Notes under the pieces: model-generated
Told to the model about the DNA's origin: nothing
Seen by the model: the letters and a program-made list of their open reading frames with translations, nothing else
Database searches by the model: none
Shown: one piece after another, positions 9,989 through 20,138 of the stretch
How positions within the stretch are numbered: position 1 is the first letter of the stretch
Layout: every line of letters begins with the position of its first letter
Made by a program: the position numbers and the translations under genes
DNA from: Polyangiales bacterium
GTDB lineage: Bacteria > Myxococcota_A > Polyangia > Polyangiales > Polyangiaceae
Reading direction: 5' to 3'
Length of the DNA stretch: 64,000 nucleotides
Assembly (NCBI GenBank): GCA_038231275.1
Contig: JBBRLQ010000028.1
Location: 44,155 to 108,154, forward strand

Positions 9989-12046
9989 ATGCCTGCCTCG
10001 CGGCGCAACGCGCTCGTGCTCGCTCTGGGCGCGATCGTGTGCGGATTCCTCTTTTACAAGGCCGACTCGTTCTGGGGCGTCATCACCTGCGGCCTCGTCA
10101 GCCTCTGGGCGGCCATCGGCGCGCTGCCCGTCATGGACGGCGGCTGGCGCTTCAAGACCGGCCTCGCCATGGTCACGCTCATCGGCGGCTCCATCATCTT
10201 GTGGCCCACCATCGAGTCGATGAGCGGCGGCCGCGCGAAGTGCCCGGCCTACTTCAAGGACAACATCAAGTTCGGCATCGTCAAAGGCCTGGATCTCCAG
10301 GGCGGTATGCGCCTCGTTTACACGGTGGAGGTCGAGGAGGCGATCCGCGACAAGCGTGACCGCTTCGCCGACGAGATGCGGCAAGAGCTCGCCATCTCGT
10401 ACAAGTTCCACTCGGGCGACGGCGTCATCACGCGCGACGCCGCCAACAAGCTAGAGGAGAAGGTCCACGTCTCCCTCCCGGAGTCGGCGGTCATCAAGGT
10501 CAAGTTCACCGACCCGGCCGACATCGCCAAGATCGACGATCGCTTCAACAAGAAGTTCGGCACCGAGATGGCGCAGCAGCGCTCGGCGACGCCCGGCGAG
10601 GTCTCGTTCAAGATCCGCGGCGAGGTCGAGACCCAGATCCGCGAGCGCGCCGTCGCGCAGGCGAAGGACACGGTCAGCAAGCGCGTCGACGAGATGGGCC
10701 TCCGCGAGGCGAGCGTCACGATCCGCGACGAGGACATCATCATCGAGGTCCCCGGTCAGGATCAGAAGGCGTTCGACGACATCAAGGAGATCATCCGCAA
10801 GACCGCCCGCCTCGAGTTCAAGATGGTGGACGACGAGGGCGCGGGGAAGTTCTTCAACATCCCCGAGAGCCAGGTGACCGCCGTCGAGAAGGAAGGCATC
10901 TCGATCTTTTTCGAGCAGGCTCCCAACGGCCCCGGAAAATCGGTCGAGAAGGCCTACTACGCCATCATCAACCGCCGAAACGACGACAAGGGAAACTTCA
11001 CCGAGTCGCTCACCGACACGCTGAAGCGCTTCAAGGCGTGGACCGCCACGCTGAACGTGTCCGACGATCACCAGATCGGGTACGCGATCCGCACCGAGAA
11101 TACGACCGACGACGTCACGGGCGCCGTCGAGACGAAAGAGGTCGGCTGGCGCACGTACTACCTCTTCTCGCGCGCCGAGGTGACGGGCGACTACATCACC
11201 GACGCCATGGTCTCCCAGGACACCAACCAAGGCATGGGCGGCTACTACGTCGGCATCACGTTCAGCCCGGCCGGCGCCGATCGCTTCGAGGAGATCACCG
11301 GCGCGAACATCCAAAAGCGCTTCGCGATCATCTTGGACGACACGATCGACTCGGCGCCCGTCATCAAGTCGAAGATCGCCGGCGGCCGCGCGAGCATCAC
11401 GCTCGGCGCGGGCGATCCGGAGACGCAGCTCGCCAACGCACGGAAGCTCGAGCTCGTGCTCCGCTCCGGCGCGCTGCCTGCGCCGATCACGCCGTCGAAC
11501 GAGTCGATGATCGGCCCGAGCCTCGGCAAGGACGCGATTCAGCAGGCCGTGAAGGGCATGCTCGTCGGCAGCTCGCTCGTCCTCGCGTTCATGATGTTCT
11601 ACTACCGGAAGAGCGGGATCGTCGCGGACCTGGCGGTCCTCTTCAACCTGTTCCTCCAGATGGCGATCCTCGCGTCGTTCTCGGCGACGATGACCGTCCC
11701 GGGAATCGCCGGCCTCGCGCTGACGCTCGGCATGAGCGTCGACGTGAACGTGCTCATCAACGAGCGCATTCGTGAGGAGCTCCGCGCCGGCCGCAGCATC
11801 CGCGCCGCCGTCGACGCCGGGTACGACAAGGCGTTCTCGTCGATCTTGGACGGCCACGTCACCGTCTTCATCTCGGGCCTCATCCTCGCGCAGTACGGCT
11901 CGGGCCCGGTCAAGGGCTTCGCAGTGACGCTGATCGTCGGCATCATCTGCAGCCTCTTCACCGGTGTATTCTGCACACGCCTCGTCTTCGAGTGGTGGGT
12001 GCGTCACGCGAAGGTCAAGCGCCTCTCGGTCGGAGCGGAGTTTTAG
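9989..12046 (+). CDS. secD: Protein translocase subunit SecD
   Basis: GLDLQGG, LRSGALPAP, IGPSLGKDAI, GMSVDVNVLINERIREE, VKGFAVTL. Confidence 0.97.
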   Translation: MPASRRNALVLALGAIVCGFLFYKADSFWGVITCGLVSLWAAIGALPVMDGGWRFKTGLAMVTLIGGSIILWPTIESMSGGRAKCPAYFKDNIKFGIVKGLDLQGGMRLVYTVEVEEAIRDKRDRFADEMRQELAISYKFHSGDGVITRDAANKLEEKVHVSLPESAVIKVKFTDPADIAKIDDRFNKKFGTEMAQQRSATPGEVSFKIRGEVETQIRERAVAQAKDTVSKRVDEMGLREASVTIRDEDIIIEVPGQDQKAFDDIKEIIRKTARLEFKMVDDEGAGKFFNIPESQVTAVEKEGISIFFEQAPNGPGKSVEKAYYAIINRRNDDKGNFTESLTDTLKRFKAWTATLNVSDDHQIGYAIRTENTTDDVTGAVETKEVGWRTYYLFSRAEVTGDYITDAMVSQDTNQGMGGYYVGITFSPAGADRFEEITGANIQKRFAIILDDTIDSAPVIKSKIAGGRASITLGAGDPETQLANARKLELVLRSGALPAPITPSNESMIGPSLGKDAIQQAVKGMLVGSSLVLAFMMFYYRKSGIVADLAVLFNLFLQMAILASFSATMTVPGIAGLALTLGMSVDVNVLINERIREELRAGRSIRAAVDAGYDKAFSSILDGHVTVFISGLILAQYGSGPVKGFAVTLIVGIICSLFTGVFCTRLVFEWWVRHAKVKRLSVGAEF

Positions 12047-12048
12047 TC

Positions 12049-13299
12049 ATGGAGTTGTTCAAGCCAGGTCGGCAGTTCGACTTCATGGCGCAGCGGTGGT
12101 TCTGGATCCCGCTGTCCCTCGCCCTCGTCGCCATCTCCACCGCGTTCTCGTTCTGGCCGGAGACGGTGTGGCCGTACGGCCCCAACTACGGGACCGACTT
12201 CCGCGGCGGGACCGAGATCGAGGTCGCGTTCGCCAAGCCCTTGAGCTTCGAGGGGCAAGAGGGAGCTGCCGCGCTCCGCCGCGCCGTCGAGGCGAGCGGG
12301 TTCTCGACGCCGGATGTCGTGCAGGTCGGCGACAACGCGAAGAACCAGTTCCTCGTCCGCGTGCAGGACGTCAGCGTCATCGCCGAGAGCGCGAAGGACT
12401 TGGTCAAGAAGGCGCTGTGCCTCACCACCGACTCCAAGGCGCCCGTGGGCGACGAGGCGGCGTGCCCGGTTCGCGCGCGCGCGACCGAGGTGAAGTTCAG
12501 CGCCGGCGGCGACAAGGTGGCGACGCGCTACGACTCCGATCCCGATCTCGAGAAGGTGAAGGCGCAGCTCCAGTCGGTGCCCGGCGTCCGCCTGCGCGCC
12601 AGCCCCACCAACCCCCAGGTCACCAACCAGCGCGACCATCGCGTCGAGATCCAGCTCGAGAGCAAGGGCGACCAGCTCTTGAACTCGCTCCGCAGCAAGC
12701 TCGGCGACGCCGTCCCCGACCACGCGCTCCGCGTGGAGTGGGTCGGCCCCAAAGCGGGAAAGCAGCTCCGCGACAGCGCACGAAACTCGGTCGCCATCGC
12801 GATCGTCTTCATCATGCTCTACCTCGCGTTCCGCTTCGACCTGCGGTTCGCGCCCGGCGTCGTCATCGCGTGCATCCACGACGCGATGGTGGTCATCGGC
12901 ATGTTCATCGTCCTCCACAAGGAGATCACGCTGAGCACCATCGCCGTCGTCCTCACGATCGTCGGCTATTCGATGAACGACACCGTCGTCATCTACGACC
13001 GAATCCGCGAGAACCTCGGCAAGCACCGCGGCAAGACGTTCGCGCAGATCATCAACATGAGCGTCAGCGAGACTCTCTCGCGCACCATCCTGACCTCAGG
13101 CGCGACGATGCTGTCGGTCCTCGCGTTCTTCATCTGGGGAACCGGCGTCATCAAGGACTTCGCGCTCGGCATGGTCATCGGCATCGTGGCCGGCACCTAC
13201 TCGAGCATCTACGTGGCCGCGCCGCTCACCGAGTGGATCGACAAGAAGATGTCGAGGACGAGCGACGTGAAGAAGAGGCTCGAATCCCCAAAAGGCTGA
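12049..13299 (+). CDS. secF: Protein translocase subunit SecF
   Basis: GTDFRGGTEI, VGPKAGKQL, HD, GYSMNDTVVIYDRIRE, TLSRTILTS, GTYSSIYVA. Confidence 0.97.
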   Translation: MELFKPGRQFDFMAQRWFWIPLSLALVAISTAFSFWPETVWPYGPNYGTDFRGGTEIEVAFAKPLSFEGQEGAAALRRAVEASGFSTPDVVQVGDNAKNQFLVRVQDVSVIAESAKDLVKKALCLTTDSKAPVGDEAACPVRARATEVKFSAGGDKVATRYDSDPDLEKVKAQLQSVPGVRLRASPTNPQVTNQRDHRVEIQLESKGDQLLNSLRSKLGDAVPDHALRVEWVGPKAGKQLRDSARNSVAIAIVFIMLYLAFRFDLRFAPGVVIACIHDAMVVIGMFIVLHKEITLSTIAVVLTIVGYSMNDTVVIYDRIRENLGKHRGKTFAQIINMSVSETLSRTILTSGATMLSVLAFFIWGTGVIKDFALGMVIGIVAGTYSSIYVAAPLTEWIDKKMSRTSDVKKRLESPKG

Positions 13300-13300
13300 C

Positions 13301-13318
13301 GCCGCGCCTCGGCGCGGC
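13301..13318 (+). terminator. GC-rich hairpin after secF (possible terminator)
   Basis: GCCGCGCC-TC-GGCGCGGC directly after the stop; no U-tract. Confidence 0.35.
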
Positions 13319-13401
13319 ACCCTGAGAGCCTCTCTGCTGCTTGCACGTCGATCTCATCCGTTGTAGACCCCGGGCGCCCCGAAGGGGACTGGGGGTCTGC
13401 C

Positions 13402-13698
13402 ATGAGTATCCGTACGTCTGCCTCGCTGGTCGCGCTCGTTCTGCTCGGTGCCACCGCGTCGTTCGCGGCTACGCAGCGCCGCGTCGCGGGGATCATCACG
13501 CACGTCGAGGCGGCGAAGCTGTCCATCACGCCGATGCACGCCAAGACCGCCGTGACGGGGCGCCTGGTGCCTGGCAGGACCGTGGTGCTCGTCGATGGCC
13601 ACTCGGCGCAGATTGCAGACCTGAAGGTCGCGTGCGACGCGAAAGCGGAGCTCGGCCTCGACGACGCCTGGATCTCGGTACGCGCCGACTCGCAGTGA
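13402..13698 (+). CDS. Small secreted hypothetical protein (possibly OB-fold-like)
   Basis: Signal peptide (ASFA); beta-rich mature part GIITHVE...VDGHSAQIADLKV. Confidence 0.55.
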   Translation: MSIRTSASLVALVLLGATASFAATQRRVAGIITHVEAAKLSITPMHAKTAVTGRLVPGRTVVLVDGHSAQIADLKVACDAKAELGLDDAWISVRADSQ

Positions 13699-13717
13699 TA
13701 ACCTCCGACGCGGTGGG

Positions 13718-14527
13718 ATGAAGCACGAGCACGTCAAGACGCCCAAGGGTGAGGTGCTCATCTCCTTCCGGGGAGTGAAGAAGTCGTTCGGGCCCAAGGT
13801 CATCTACACCGACCTGAACCTCGACATCCGCCGCGGTGAGACGACGACCATCCTCGGAGCGTCGGGCAGCGGCAAGAGCGTCATGCTCAAGATGCTCATC
13901 GGTCTCCTCACGGTCGACGCAGGAGAGATCATCTTCGACGGCGCGGACGTGTCGAAATACGACGAGCACCAGATGATCGACGTTCGCCGTCGCGTCGCGT
14001 ACCTGTTCCAGGGCGCCGCGCTCTTCGACTCGCTCGACGTCGGCGAGAACGTCGCGTACGGCCTGCGCGAGCAGTACTGGAACACGATGACCGACGCCGA
14101 GATCCGCGCGCGCGTGTCGCAGTCACTCGGGCTCGTGGGACTGCCGGGCATCGAGCAGATGCGCCCCAGCGATCTCTCCGGAGGCATGAAGAAGCGCGTC
14201 GGCCTCGCGCGCACGCTCGCGCTTCAGCCCGAGGTGCTCCTCTACGACGAGCCGACCACCGGTCTCGATCCGATCAACACGGCGCGCATCAACCACCTCA
14301 TCAACGGCATCAAGCGCGCCCTGGGCCTCACCAGCATCGTCGTCACGCACGACATGGGTACCGCGTTCACCGTCTCCGACCGCCTCGCGATGATCGGCCG
14401 CGGGCGCGTGCTGATGAGCGCGCCCAAGGACGAGTTCAAGAGCACGCAAGACAAGTACGTCCGCGACTTCATCGACGGCCATGCGCCGGAAACCGAGGAC
14501 GTCGACTCGCTGCTCTCCACGTCGTGA
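13718..14527 (+). CDS. mlaF: ABC transporter ATP-binding protein, MlaF/Mkl family
   Basis: GASGSGKS; FQGAALFDSL; PSDLSGGMKKRVGLAR; YDEPTTGLDP; VTHD. Confidence 0.88.
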   Translation: MKHEHVKTPKGEVLISFRGVKKSFGPKVIYTDLNLDIRRGETTTILGASGSGKSVMLKMLIGLLTVDAGEIIFDGADVSKYDEHQMIDVRRRVAYLFQGAALFDSLDVGENVAYGLREQYWNTMTDAEIRARVSQSLGLVGLPGIEQMRPSDLSGGMKKRVGLARTLALQPEVLLYDEPTTGLDPINTARINHLINGIKRALGLTSIVVTHDMGTAFTVSDRLAMIGRGRVLMSAPKDEFKSTQDKYVRDFIDGHAPETEDVDSLLSTS

Positions 14528-14548
14528 GCCATTTTCGCGCGCGCCTCA

Positions 14549-14576
14549 CGCCGCGCTGGAATGCGCGGCGGTTTTC
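14549..14576 (+). terminator. Probable intrinsic terminator after mlaF
   Basis: CGCCGCGC-TGGAAT-GCGCGGCG stem-loop followed by GTTTTC. Confidence 0.5.
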
Positions 14577-14591
14577 AGGTCAAAAGGAGAG

Positions 14592-15563
14592 ATGAGCCTT
14601 TCTTCGTACAAGCCCCGGGTCGCCGCGGCGTCGGTCGCGTGGCTCGCGTGTGGCCTCGCGGTCGCGTGCTCGTCGAGCTCGTCCACGGACACGCCGGGCG
14701 CCGACGCGTCGGTCCCGCCGCACGACGCGACGACCGGCGCCGACACGAACGCGCCCGCCGACCAGGCCGCGCCTGACGCGGGCGGGGGCGACGACGCATC
14801 GGACGGTGCGGCGACGGCGAACCCCGCGCACGTTGGGTTTTTCTCGTTCAAGCAGTTCGAGGCCCCGCGGTGGGATTTCGGCGGAGGCTTCGTCTCGAAC
14901 GAACCGACGCCGCCGCCGAACCCCTACTACACCTGCACCACGTCGACGGCGGGCGAATGCACGCTCTCGATCTGCACGCCCATCGACGGCGGTCCACCAC
15001 CACCTCCTCCTCCGCTCCTCGTCTTGGTGAACCCGGGCGACATCACCGTCACCGGTGGCACCATCCCGGCAGGGACCAAGCTGGCGGCGGTGGACGGCGG
15101 CGGCAACGGGAGCTCGGTGGGCGCCGCAGGCGTCGTGGTCGTCAACGGGGACGTGATCCGCGTGTCGGCGCCTGGCAGCGCGGATGTTCCCGCTTTCGCG
15201 CTCTCGATCGTCGCGAACCCGACGTACACCGTCACGAACCCCGCCTGCGACGCGGGGACCTGCCCTGGTGTCGACCGCACGAAAGACTACGTCTTCACCT
15301 GGACGGGCCTCGCCCAGGGCACGCTGCAGGTCGCGTTCGCCTACGTGAACGGGCCACCGCTCGACCGCATCGTCTGCAATTTCCCGGGGGCGGCGGGGCA
15401 GGGGACCATTCCGTCTTCGCTGCTCACGCAGTTCCCCGGCACCGCGGGCATCCAGCTCGAGGCGGTCTCGAAGAACGTGACCCGCGCGGTGGTCGGCGAC
15501 TACGGCACGACGATCGACTTCACCGGCAACTACTTCGACAGGGTCTTGCCGATCGTCAACTGA
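14592..15563 (+). CDS. Hypothetical lipoprotein with DAG/Pro-rich linker
   Basis: AAGGAGAG RBS; lipobox AVAC-SSSSS; Cys pairs and a poly-Pro tract. Confidence 0.75.
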   Translation: MSLSSYKPRVAAASVAWLACGLAVACSSSSSTDTPGADASVPPHDATTGADTNAPADQAAPDAGGGDDASDGAATANPAHVGFFSFKQFEAPRWDFGGGFVSNEPTPPPNPYYTCTTSTAGECTLSICTPIDGGPPPPPPPLLVLVNPGDITVTGGTIPAGTKLAAVDGGGNGSSVGAAGVVVVNGDVIRVSAPGSADVPAFALSIVANPTYTVTNPACDAGTCPGVDRTKDYVFTWTGLAQGTLQVAFAYVNGPPLDRIVCNFPGAAGQGTIPSSLLTQFPGTAGIQLEAVSKNVTRAVVGDYGTTIDFTGNYFDRVLPIVN

Positions 15564-18500
15564 CGACGTCGATCCCGCAGACCTCGGCGATTGGGCGACC
15601 GGTGCGGATCGCCCGTTTGAGCTGCGCGTAACGCCAATAGGTGTAAATTACAGGTATGAGCTCGAGCGTCAGAAACGCGCTCGAGAGGAGCCCGCCCACC
15701 ATCGGCGCGGCGATGCGCTTCATCACGTCGGAGCCGCTGCCGGTCGCCCACAAGAGCGGCACGAGGCCGATGAGCATGGTGCCCACCGTCATCAGCTTCG
15801 GGCGAACGCGGAGGACGGTGCCCTCGGTGTGGGCGTGGAGGATGTCGTCGAGCGTCGCGAGCTTGCCGGCGCGCACGCGTCGCGCGAACGCGTGGTCGAT
15901 GTACACGATCATGACCACGCCGGTCTGCGCCGCGAGGCCGACCAGCGCGATGACGCCGACCATCACCGCCGTCGAGATGCGGTAGTCGAGGAGGTAGAGG
16001 AGCCACACGCTCCCCACGAGCGCGAACGGGATCGACAGGAAGACGATGAGGACCTCCGTGAGCTTCTTGAACTGCAGGTAGAGGAGCAAGGCGACGCCCG
16101 CCAAGGTCAGCGGGATCAGGATCTTCATCCGGGCGCGCATTCCCTCGAGGAGCTCGTACTGCCCGGTCCACGCGAGGTGCATTCCCGTGCCGACCGTGAC
16201 CTCTCCGCGCGCGCGCGCCGCGTCGACCGCCGCTTTGGCCCCCTCGACGTAACCGCCGAGATCGCGCGATGGATCGACGTCGACGTACACGTACCCCACG
16301 AGGAGCCCGGCTTCGTCGCGCAGCATCGGCGGGCCCTCCACGATCGCCACGTCCGCGAGCTCTCCCAGCGGCAACGCGCGCCCGGCTTGCCGCAGCGGCA
16401 CGAGCACCCGCCTCAGTTGCTCGGGGCTCGCGCGGAAATCCTCCTTGTAGCGGACGTTGACGGTGAACCGGCGGCGCCCCTCGACGGTCGTGGTGACGGG
16501 CTCGCCGCCGATCGCCTGCTCCACGATGGCGTTCACGTCGTCGACGGTCAGCCCGTACCGTGCGAGCGCGTCGCGACGCGGCGTGACGTCGACGTAGCTC
16601 CCGCCGAGCGACCGCTCGTACAGCACGCTGCGTGTGCCGGGCACCGCCCGCAGCGCGGCCTCCAGCTCGCGCCCCGTCTTCTCGATCGCGGGCAAATCCG
16701 GCCCGAGCACCTTGATCCCGACCGGGGTGCGCACGCCCGTGGTCAGCATGTCTACGCGCGTCTTGATCGGCATCGTCCATGCGTTCGTCCACCCGGGCAG
16801 ATCGAGGTGCGCGTTCATCTTCTGCACGAGCTCGTCCCACGTCTCCGGCTGCTCCTCCGGCCAGAGCGCGCCGAGCGGGCGTTTCATCCACGACGGCGCC
16901 CACCCCGAGTACCAGCGATCGTGGTGCACGCGCGGCCACTCCTCCGGCGGCTTCAGCGCGACGATCGTCTCGACCATCGAGAGCGGCGCGGGATCGGTCG
17001 GCGACTCCGCGCGCCCCGCCTTGCCGAACACGCTCTTCACCTCGGGCAACGACGCGAGCAGACGATCTTGCCGCTCCAGCTGACGCTTCGCCTCTTCGAT
17101 CGAGATGTTGGGGAGGGTCGTCGGCATGTAGAGCACGTCGCCCTCGTTGAGGGGCGGCATGAACTCGCTCCCGAGCTTCAGGAGCGGCGGGATCGCCGAG
17201 AGCAGCGCGAAGACACCGATGAGCAGCGTCGTCCACGGTCGACGGAGCGCGACGTACACGAAGGGGCGATACACCGACACGATCGCGCGCGACACCGGAT
17301 GGTCGGCCTCGCGGCGAATCTTCCCGCGGAGGAGCGCGTCGCGCAGGGCCGGCGCGAGCGTGATGCTGAGGATCGCCGCGCCGAGCATCACGAACGTCTT
17401 CGTGTACGCAAGCGGCTTGAAGAGGCGGCCAGCCTGCCCGTTCAGGCCGAAAATAGGCACGAAGGAGATCGCGATGATGAGGAGCGAGAAGAAGATCGCC
17501 GGCGTCACCTCGCGCGCGGCGTCGTGGAGGAGCTTCGAGCGCGCGGCGGGCGAGATGTCCTTCGGCGCGTCCTCGAGCTTCTTGTGGCAGGCCTCGATCA
17601 TCACGATCTCGGCGTCGACGGTGGCGCCGATCGCGATCGCGATGCCGCCGAGGCTCATGATCGTGGCGGGGATCCCGAGCAGGTACATCGGGATGAACGA
17701 GAAGAGGACGGCGAGGGGCAACGTCACGATGGGGAGGAGCGCGCTCCGGACGTGCAAGAGGAAGAGGAGGATGACGAGGGCGACGACGATCATCTCCTCG
17801 CCGAGGGCACGCCGCAGCGTCGAGATGGCGCGCTCGATCAGGTTCGAGCGATCGTAAGCCGTCGCGATCTCGACGCCGGGCGGCAGCGACGCCTGGAGCT
17901 CGGCGAGCCTCGTCTTCACGCGCCCGATGACGTCGAGCGCGTTCTCGCCGTAGCGCGCGATGACGATGGCCCCGACCGTCTCGCCCGCGCCGTTCCAGTC
18001 TGCGACGCCGCGCCGGATCTCACCGCCGACTTGCACCGTCCCCACGTCGGCGACCGTCACCGGAGTCCCACCTGGCGCCGCACGAAGCGCGACCTTGCCG
18101 ACGTCGGTGACCCCCTGGAGGTACGCGCGGCCGCGGACCACGTACTCGCGCCCGCTCATTTCGAGGAGGCGCCCGCCCACTTCGCCGTTCGATTTGCGGA
18201 TGGCGTCGGCGACGTCGGCGACGGTCATGCCGTACGCGCGCATCTTCTCGGGATCCAAGGTGACCTGGTACTGCCGCTCGTAGCCGCCAACGCTGGCGAC
18301 CTCCGCGACGCCGGGGACGCTCTCGAGGGCGTAGCGGAGGGTGAAGTCCTGGATGGCGCGGAGCTCGCCGAGATCGTGCTTGCCGGACCGGTCGACGAGC
18401 GCGTACTCGAAGACCCAGCCGATGCCAGTCGCGTCGGGGCCGAGGACCGGGGACGCTGCGGGAGGCAATTTTGCCTTGATGCCGCTCAAGTACTCGAGGA

Positions 18501-18828
18501 CGCGCGAGCGCGCCCAGTACACGTCGGTGCCCTCCTCGAAGAGCACGTAGACGAAGCTCATCCCGAACATCGACGTGCCGCGCACCGCGGTCACCTTGGG
18601 CGCGGCGAGGAGGGCGCTCGCGATCGGGTAGGTGACCTGGTCCTCCACGATCGTCGGTGACTGGCCCTTCAGCTCGGTGAAGACGATGACCTGGGCGTCC
18701 GACAGATCGGGGATCGCGTCGAGGGTCACGCTCCGCATCGCGTTGACGCCGAAGAGGACGAGCACGCCGTACGCGAGGAAGACGAGGCCGCGGTGCTTGG
18801 CGGACAAGGAGAGAATGCGTTCGATCAT
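15556..18828 (-). CDS. cusA: Heavy-metal efflux RND permease, CusA type
   Basis: DAIPDLSDAQVIV, LGPDATGIGWVFEYAL, MSLGGIAIAIGATVDAEIVMIE, WTMPIKTRVDMLTTG, RVRPKLMT. Start overlaps the cusB stop (ATGA). Confidence 0.95.
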   Translation of the reverse strand: MIERILSLSAKHRGLVFLAYGVLVLFGVNAMRSVTLDAIPDLSDAQVIVFTELKGQSPTIVEDQVTYPIASALLAAPKVTAVRGTSMFGMSFVYVLFEEGTDVYWARSRVLEYLSGIKAKLPPAASPVLGPDATGIGWVFEYALVDRSGKHDLGELRAIQDFTLRYALESVPGVAEVASVGGYERQYQVTLDPEKMRAYGMTVADVADAIRKSNGEVGGRLLEMSGREYVVRGRAYLQGVTDVGKVALRAAPGGTPVTVADVGTVQVGGEIRRGVADWNGAGETVGAIVIARYGENALDVIGRVKTRLAELQASLPPGVEIATAYDRSNLIERAISTLRRALGEEMIVVALVILLFLLHVRSALLPIVTLPLAVLFSFIPMYLLGIPATIMSLGGIAIAIGATVDAEIVMIEACHKKLEDAPKDISPAARSKLLHDAAREVTPAIFFSLLIIAISFVPIFGLNGQAGRLFKPLAYTKTFVMLGAAILSITLAPALRDALLRGKIRREADHPVSRAIVSVYRPFVYVALRRPWTTLLIGVFALLSAIPPLLKLGSEFMPPLNEGDVLYMPTTLPNISIEEAKRQLERQDRLLASLPEVKSVFGKAGRAESPTDPAPLSMVETIVALKPPEEWPRVHHDRWYSGWAPSWMKRPLGALWPEEQPETWDELVQKMNAHLDLPGWTNAWTMPIKTRVDMLTTGVRTPVGIKVLGPDLPAIEKTGRELEAALRAVPGTRSVLYERSLGGSYVDVTPRRDALARYGLTVDDVNAIVEQAIGGEPVTTTVEGRRRFTVNVRYKEDFRASPEQLRRVLVPLRQAGRALPLGELADVAIVEGPPMLRDEAGLLVGYVYVDVDPSRDLGGYVEGAKAAVDAARARGEVTVGTGMHLAWTGQYELLEGMRARMKILIPLTLAGVALLLYLQFKKLTEVLIVFLSIPFALVGSVWLLYLLDYRISTAVMVGVIALVGLAAQTGVVMIVYIDHAFARRVRAGKLATLDDILHAHTEGTVLRVRPKLMTVGTMLIGLVPLLWATGSGSDVMKRIAAPMVGGLLSSAFLTLELIPVIYTYWRYAQLKRAIRTGRPIAEVCGIDVVS

Positions 18829-20138
18829 CGCGCCGCGCCGATGGCCGCGCGCAAGCGGCTCTCCGAGTCGATGAGGAACGTCGCGCCGGACACGACACGC
18901 TCCCCCGCGGCGAGGCCGGACTCGATGACGGTGTCGTCGCCGTGTGCGCCGCCGAGCGTGACCGCGCGCGGAACGTAGCGGCCCTCGGCTTCCACGACGA
19001 AGAGGTACGCCGCGGTCCCGGTGTCGACGATGGCGTCGCGCGGAACGGTGATGACGTCGCGCGCGGCGGTCTCCAGCAGGGCGACGCCGTACTCCCCGGG
19101 GCGCAGCGCGTGACGAGCGTTCTTGACCTGCATGCGGACGCGGGTGGTGCGCGCCTCGGCGTCGAGGACGGGATAGACGAGATCGACGGTCGTGGCGACG
19201 GCGTCCTCTGCGCGGCCATTCGGCGTAAATTTGCCGGCGAGGCCGGTCTTCACGAGCTTCATGTCCCGCTGGAAGACATCGGCGACCACGTACACCCGCG
19301 ACAGGTCGACGAGCTCGTAGAGCACCATCTCGGGCGTGACGTACGAGCCGAGGACGACGCCCTTCTTCGCCACGTAGCCCCCTTGCGGCGCGGTGACGGG
19401 GATGGCGCGCATGGCCTGGCCGGACGCGAGCACTTGGTCGACGTCCTTGGCCGCCATGCCGAGCAGCTCCAGCTTGCTGCGCGCACGGTCCGACGCGCGC
19501 GCGCCGGCGTCGCCCTCCCACGTGCGCGTGGCGAGGAGCTCGGCCTCGGCCTGGAAGATCTCGGGGCTGTAGAGGAGAAAGAGCGTCTGCCCGCGGCCGA
19601 CCGTCACGCCGAGCTGCGCGGCGTCGATGCGCTCGACGAAGCCCGACGCGCGGACGTGCACCTCGGCGACGGACTGATCCGCCGGCGCGATCGACGCGGT
19701 GACGCGGAGCGGCTCGCCGGACTTCTCGGCGCGGGCCAGCGCGGTGCGTACGCCGATCGCTTGAACGCGATCGAGCGGGAGGTCCACCGTCGTCGTGCCG
19801 GGAGGCAGCCCCGCCGCGTCTCCCTGCGCATCGGCGGCGCCTGCGTCCGCCGAGCCACCTGCGCGGGCCGACGTGATCGGCTCGAGCGCCATGTGGCAGA
19901 TCGGGCACTCGCCGGGCTCGTCCGAGACGACCTGCGGGTGCATCGGACATTGGTATTTCCAGACGTGCGCGTGCCCCGCCGCGCTGGAGGAAGGGTGCTG
20001 CGCCTGCGCGAGGGTGAGGAGGCTGCCTACGGCGAGGAGCGCGGCGAGCGCGAGGATGATCCATCGCACCACGGCCATCACGCGCACGCCTCGCGGCGGC
20101 GGCTCGGCGCCTTCGGGCATCGGATGCTCATCGGACAT
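18825..20138 (-). CDS. cusB: RND periplasmic adaptor with heavy-metal-binding domain, CusB type
   Basis: YQCPMHPQVVSDEPGECPICHMAL; YSPEI; FLIDSESRL. Confidence 0.92.
   Translation of the reverse strand: MSDEHPMPEGAEPPPRGVRVMAVVRWIILALAALLAVGSLLTLAQAQHPSSSAAGHAHVWKYQCPMHPQVVSDEPGECPICHMALEPITSARAGGSADAGAADAQGDAAGLPPGTTTVDLPLDRVQAIGVRTALARAEKSGEPLRVTASIAPADQSVAEVHVRASGFVERIDAAQLGVTVGRGQTLFLLYSPEIFQAEAELLATRTWEGDAGARASDRARSKLELLGMAAKDVDQVLASGQAMRAIPVTAPQGGYVAKKGVVLGSYVTPEMVLYELVDLSRVYVVADVFQRDMKLVKTGLAGKFTPNGRAEDAVATTVDLVYPVLDAEARTTRVRMQVKNARHALRPGEYGVALLETAARDVITVPRDAIVDTGTAAYLFVVEAEGRYVPRAVTLGGAHGDDTVIESGLAAGERVVSGATFLIDSESRLRAAIGAAR

Noticed and set aside
15556..20064. 1502-aa ORF suggesting a giant CusA fusion
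   Set aside because: The first ~410 aa are Arg-rich off-frame translation of cusB. The real CusA starts at ATG 18828, overlapping the cusB stop.
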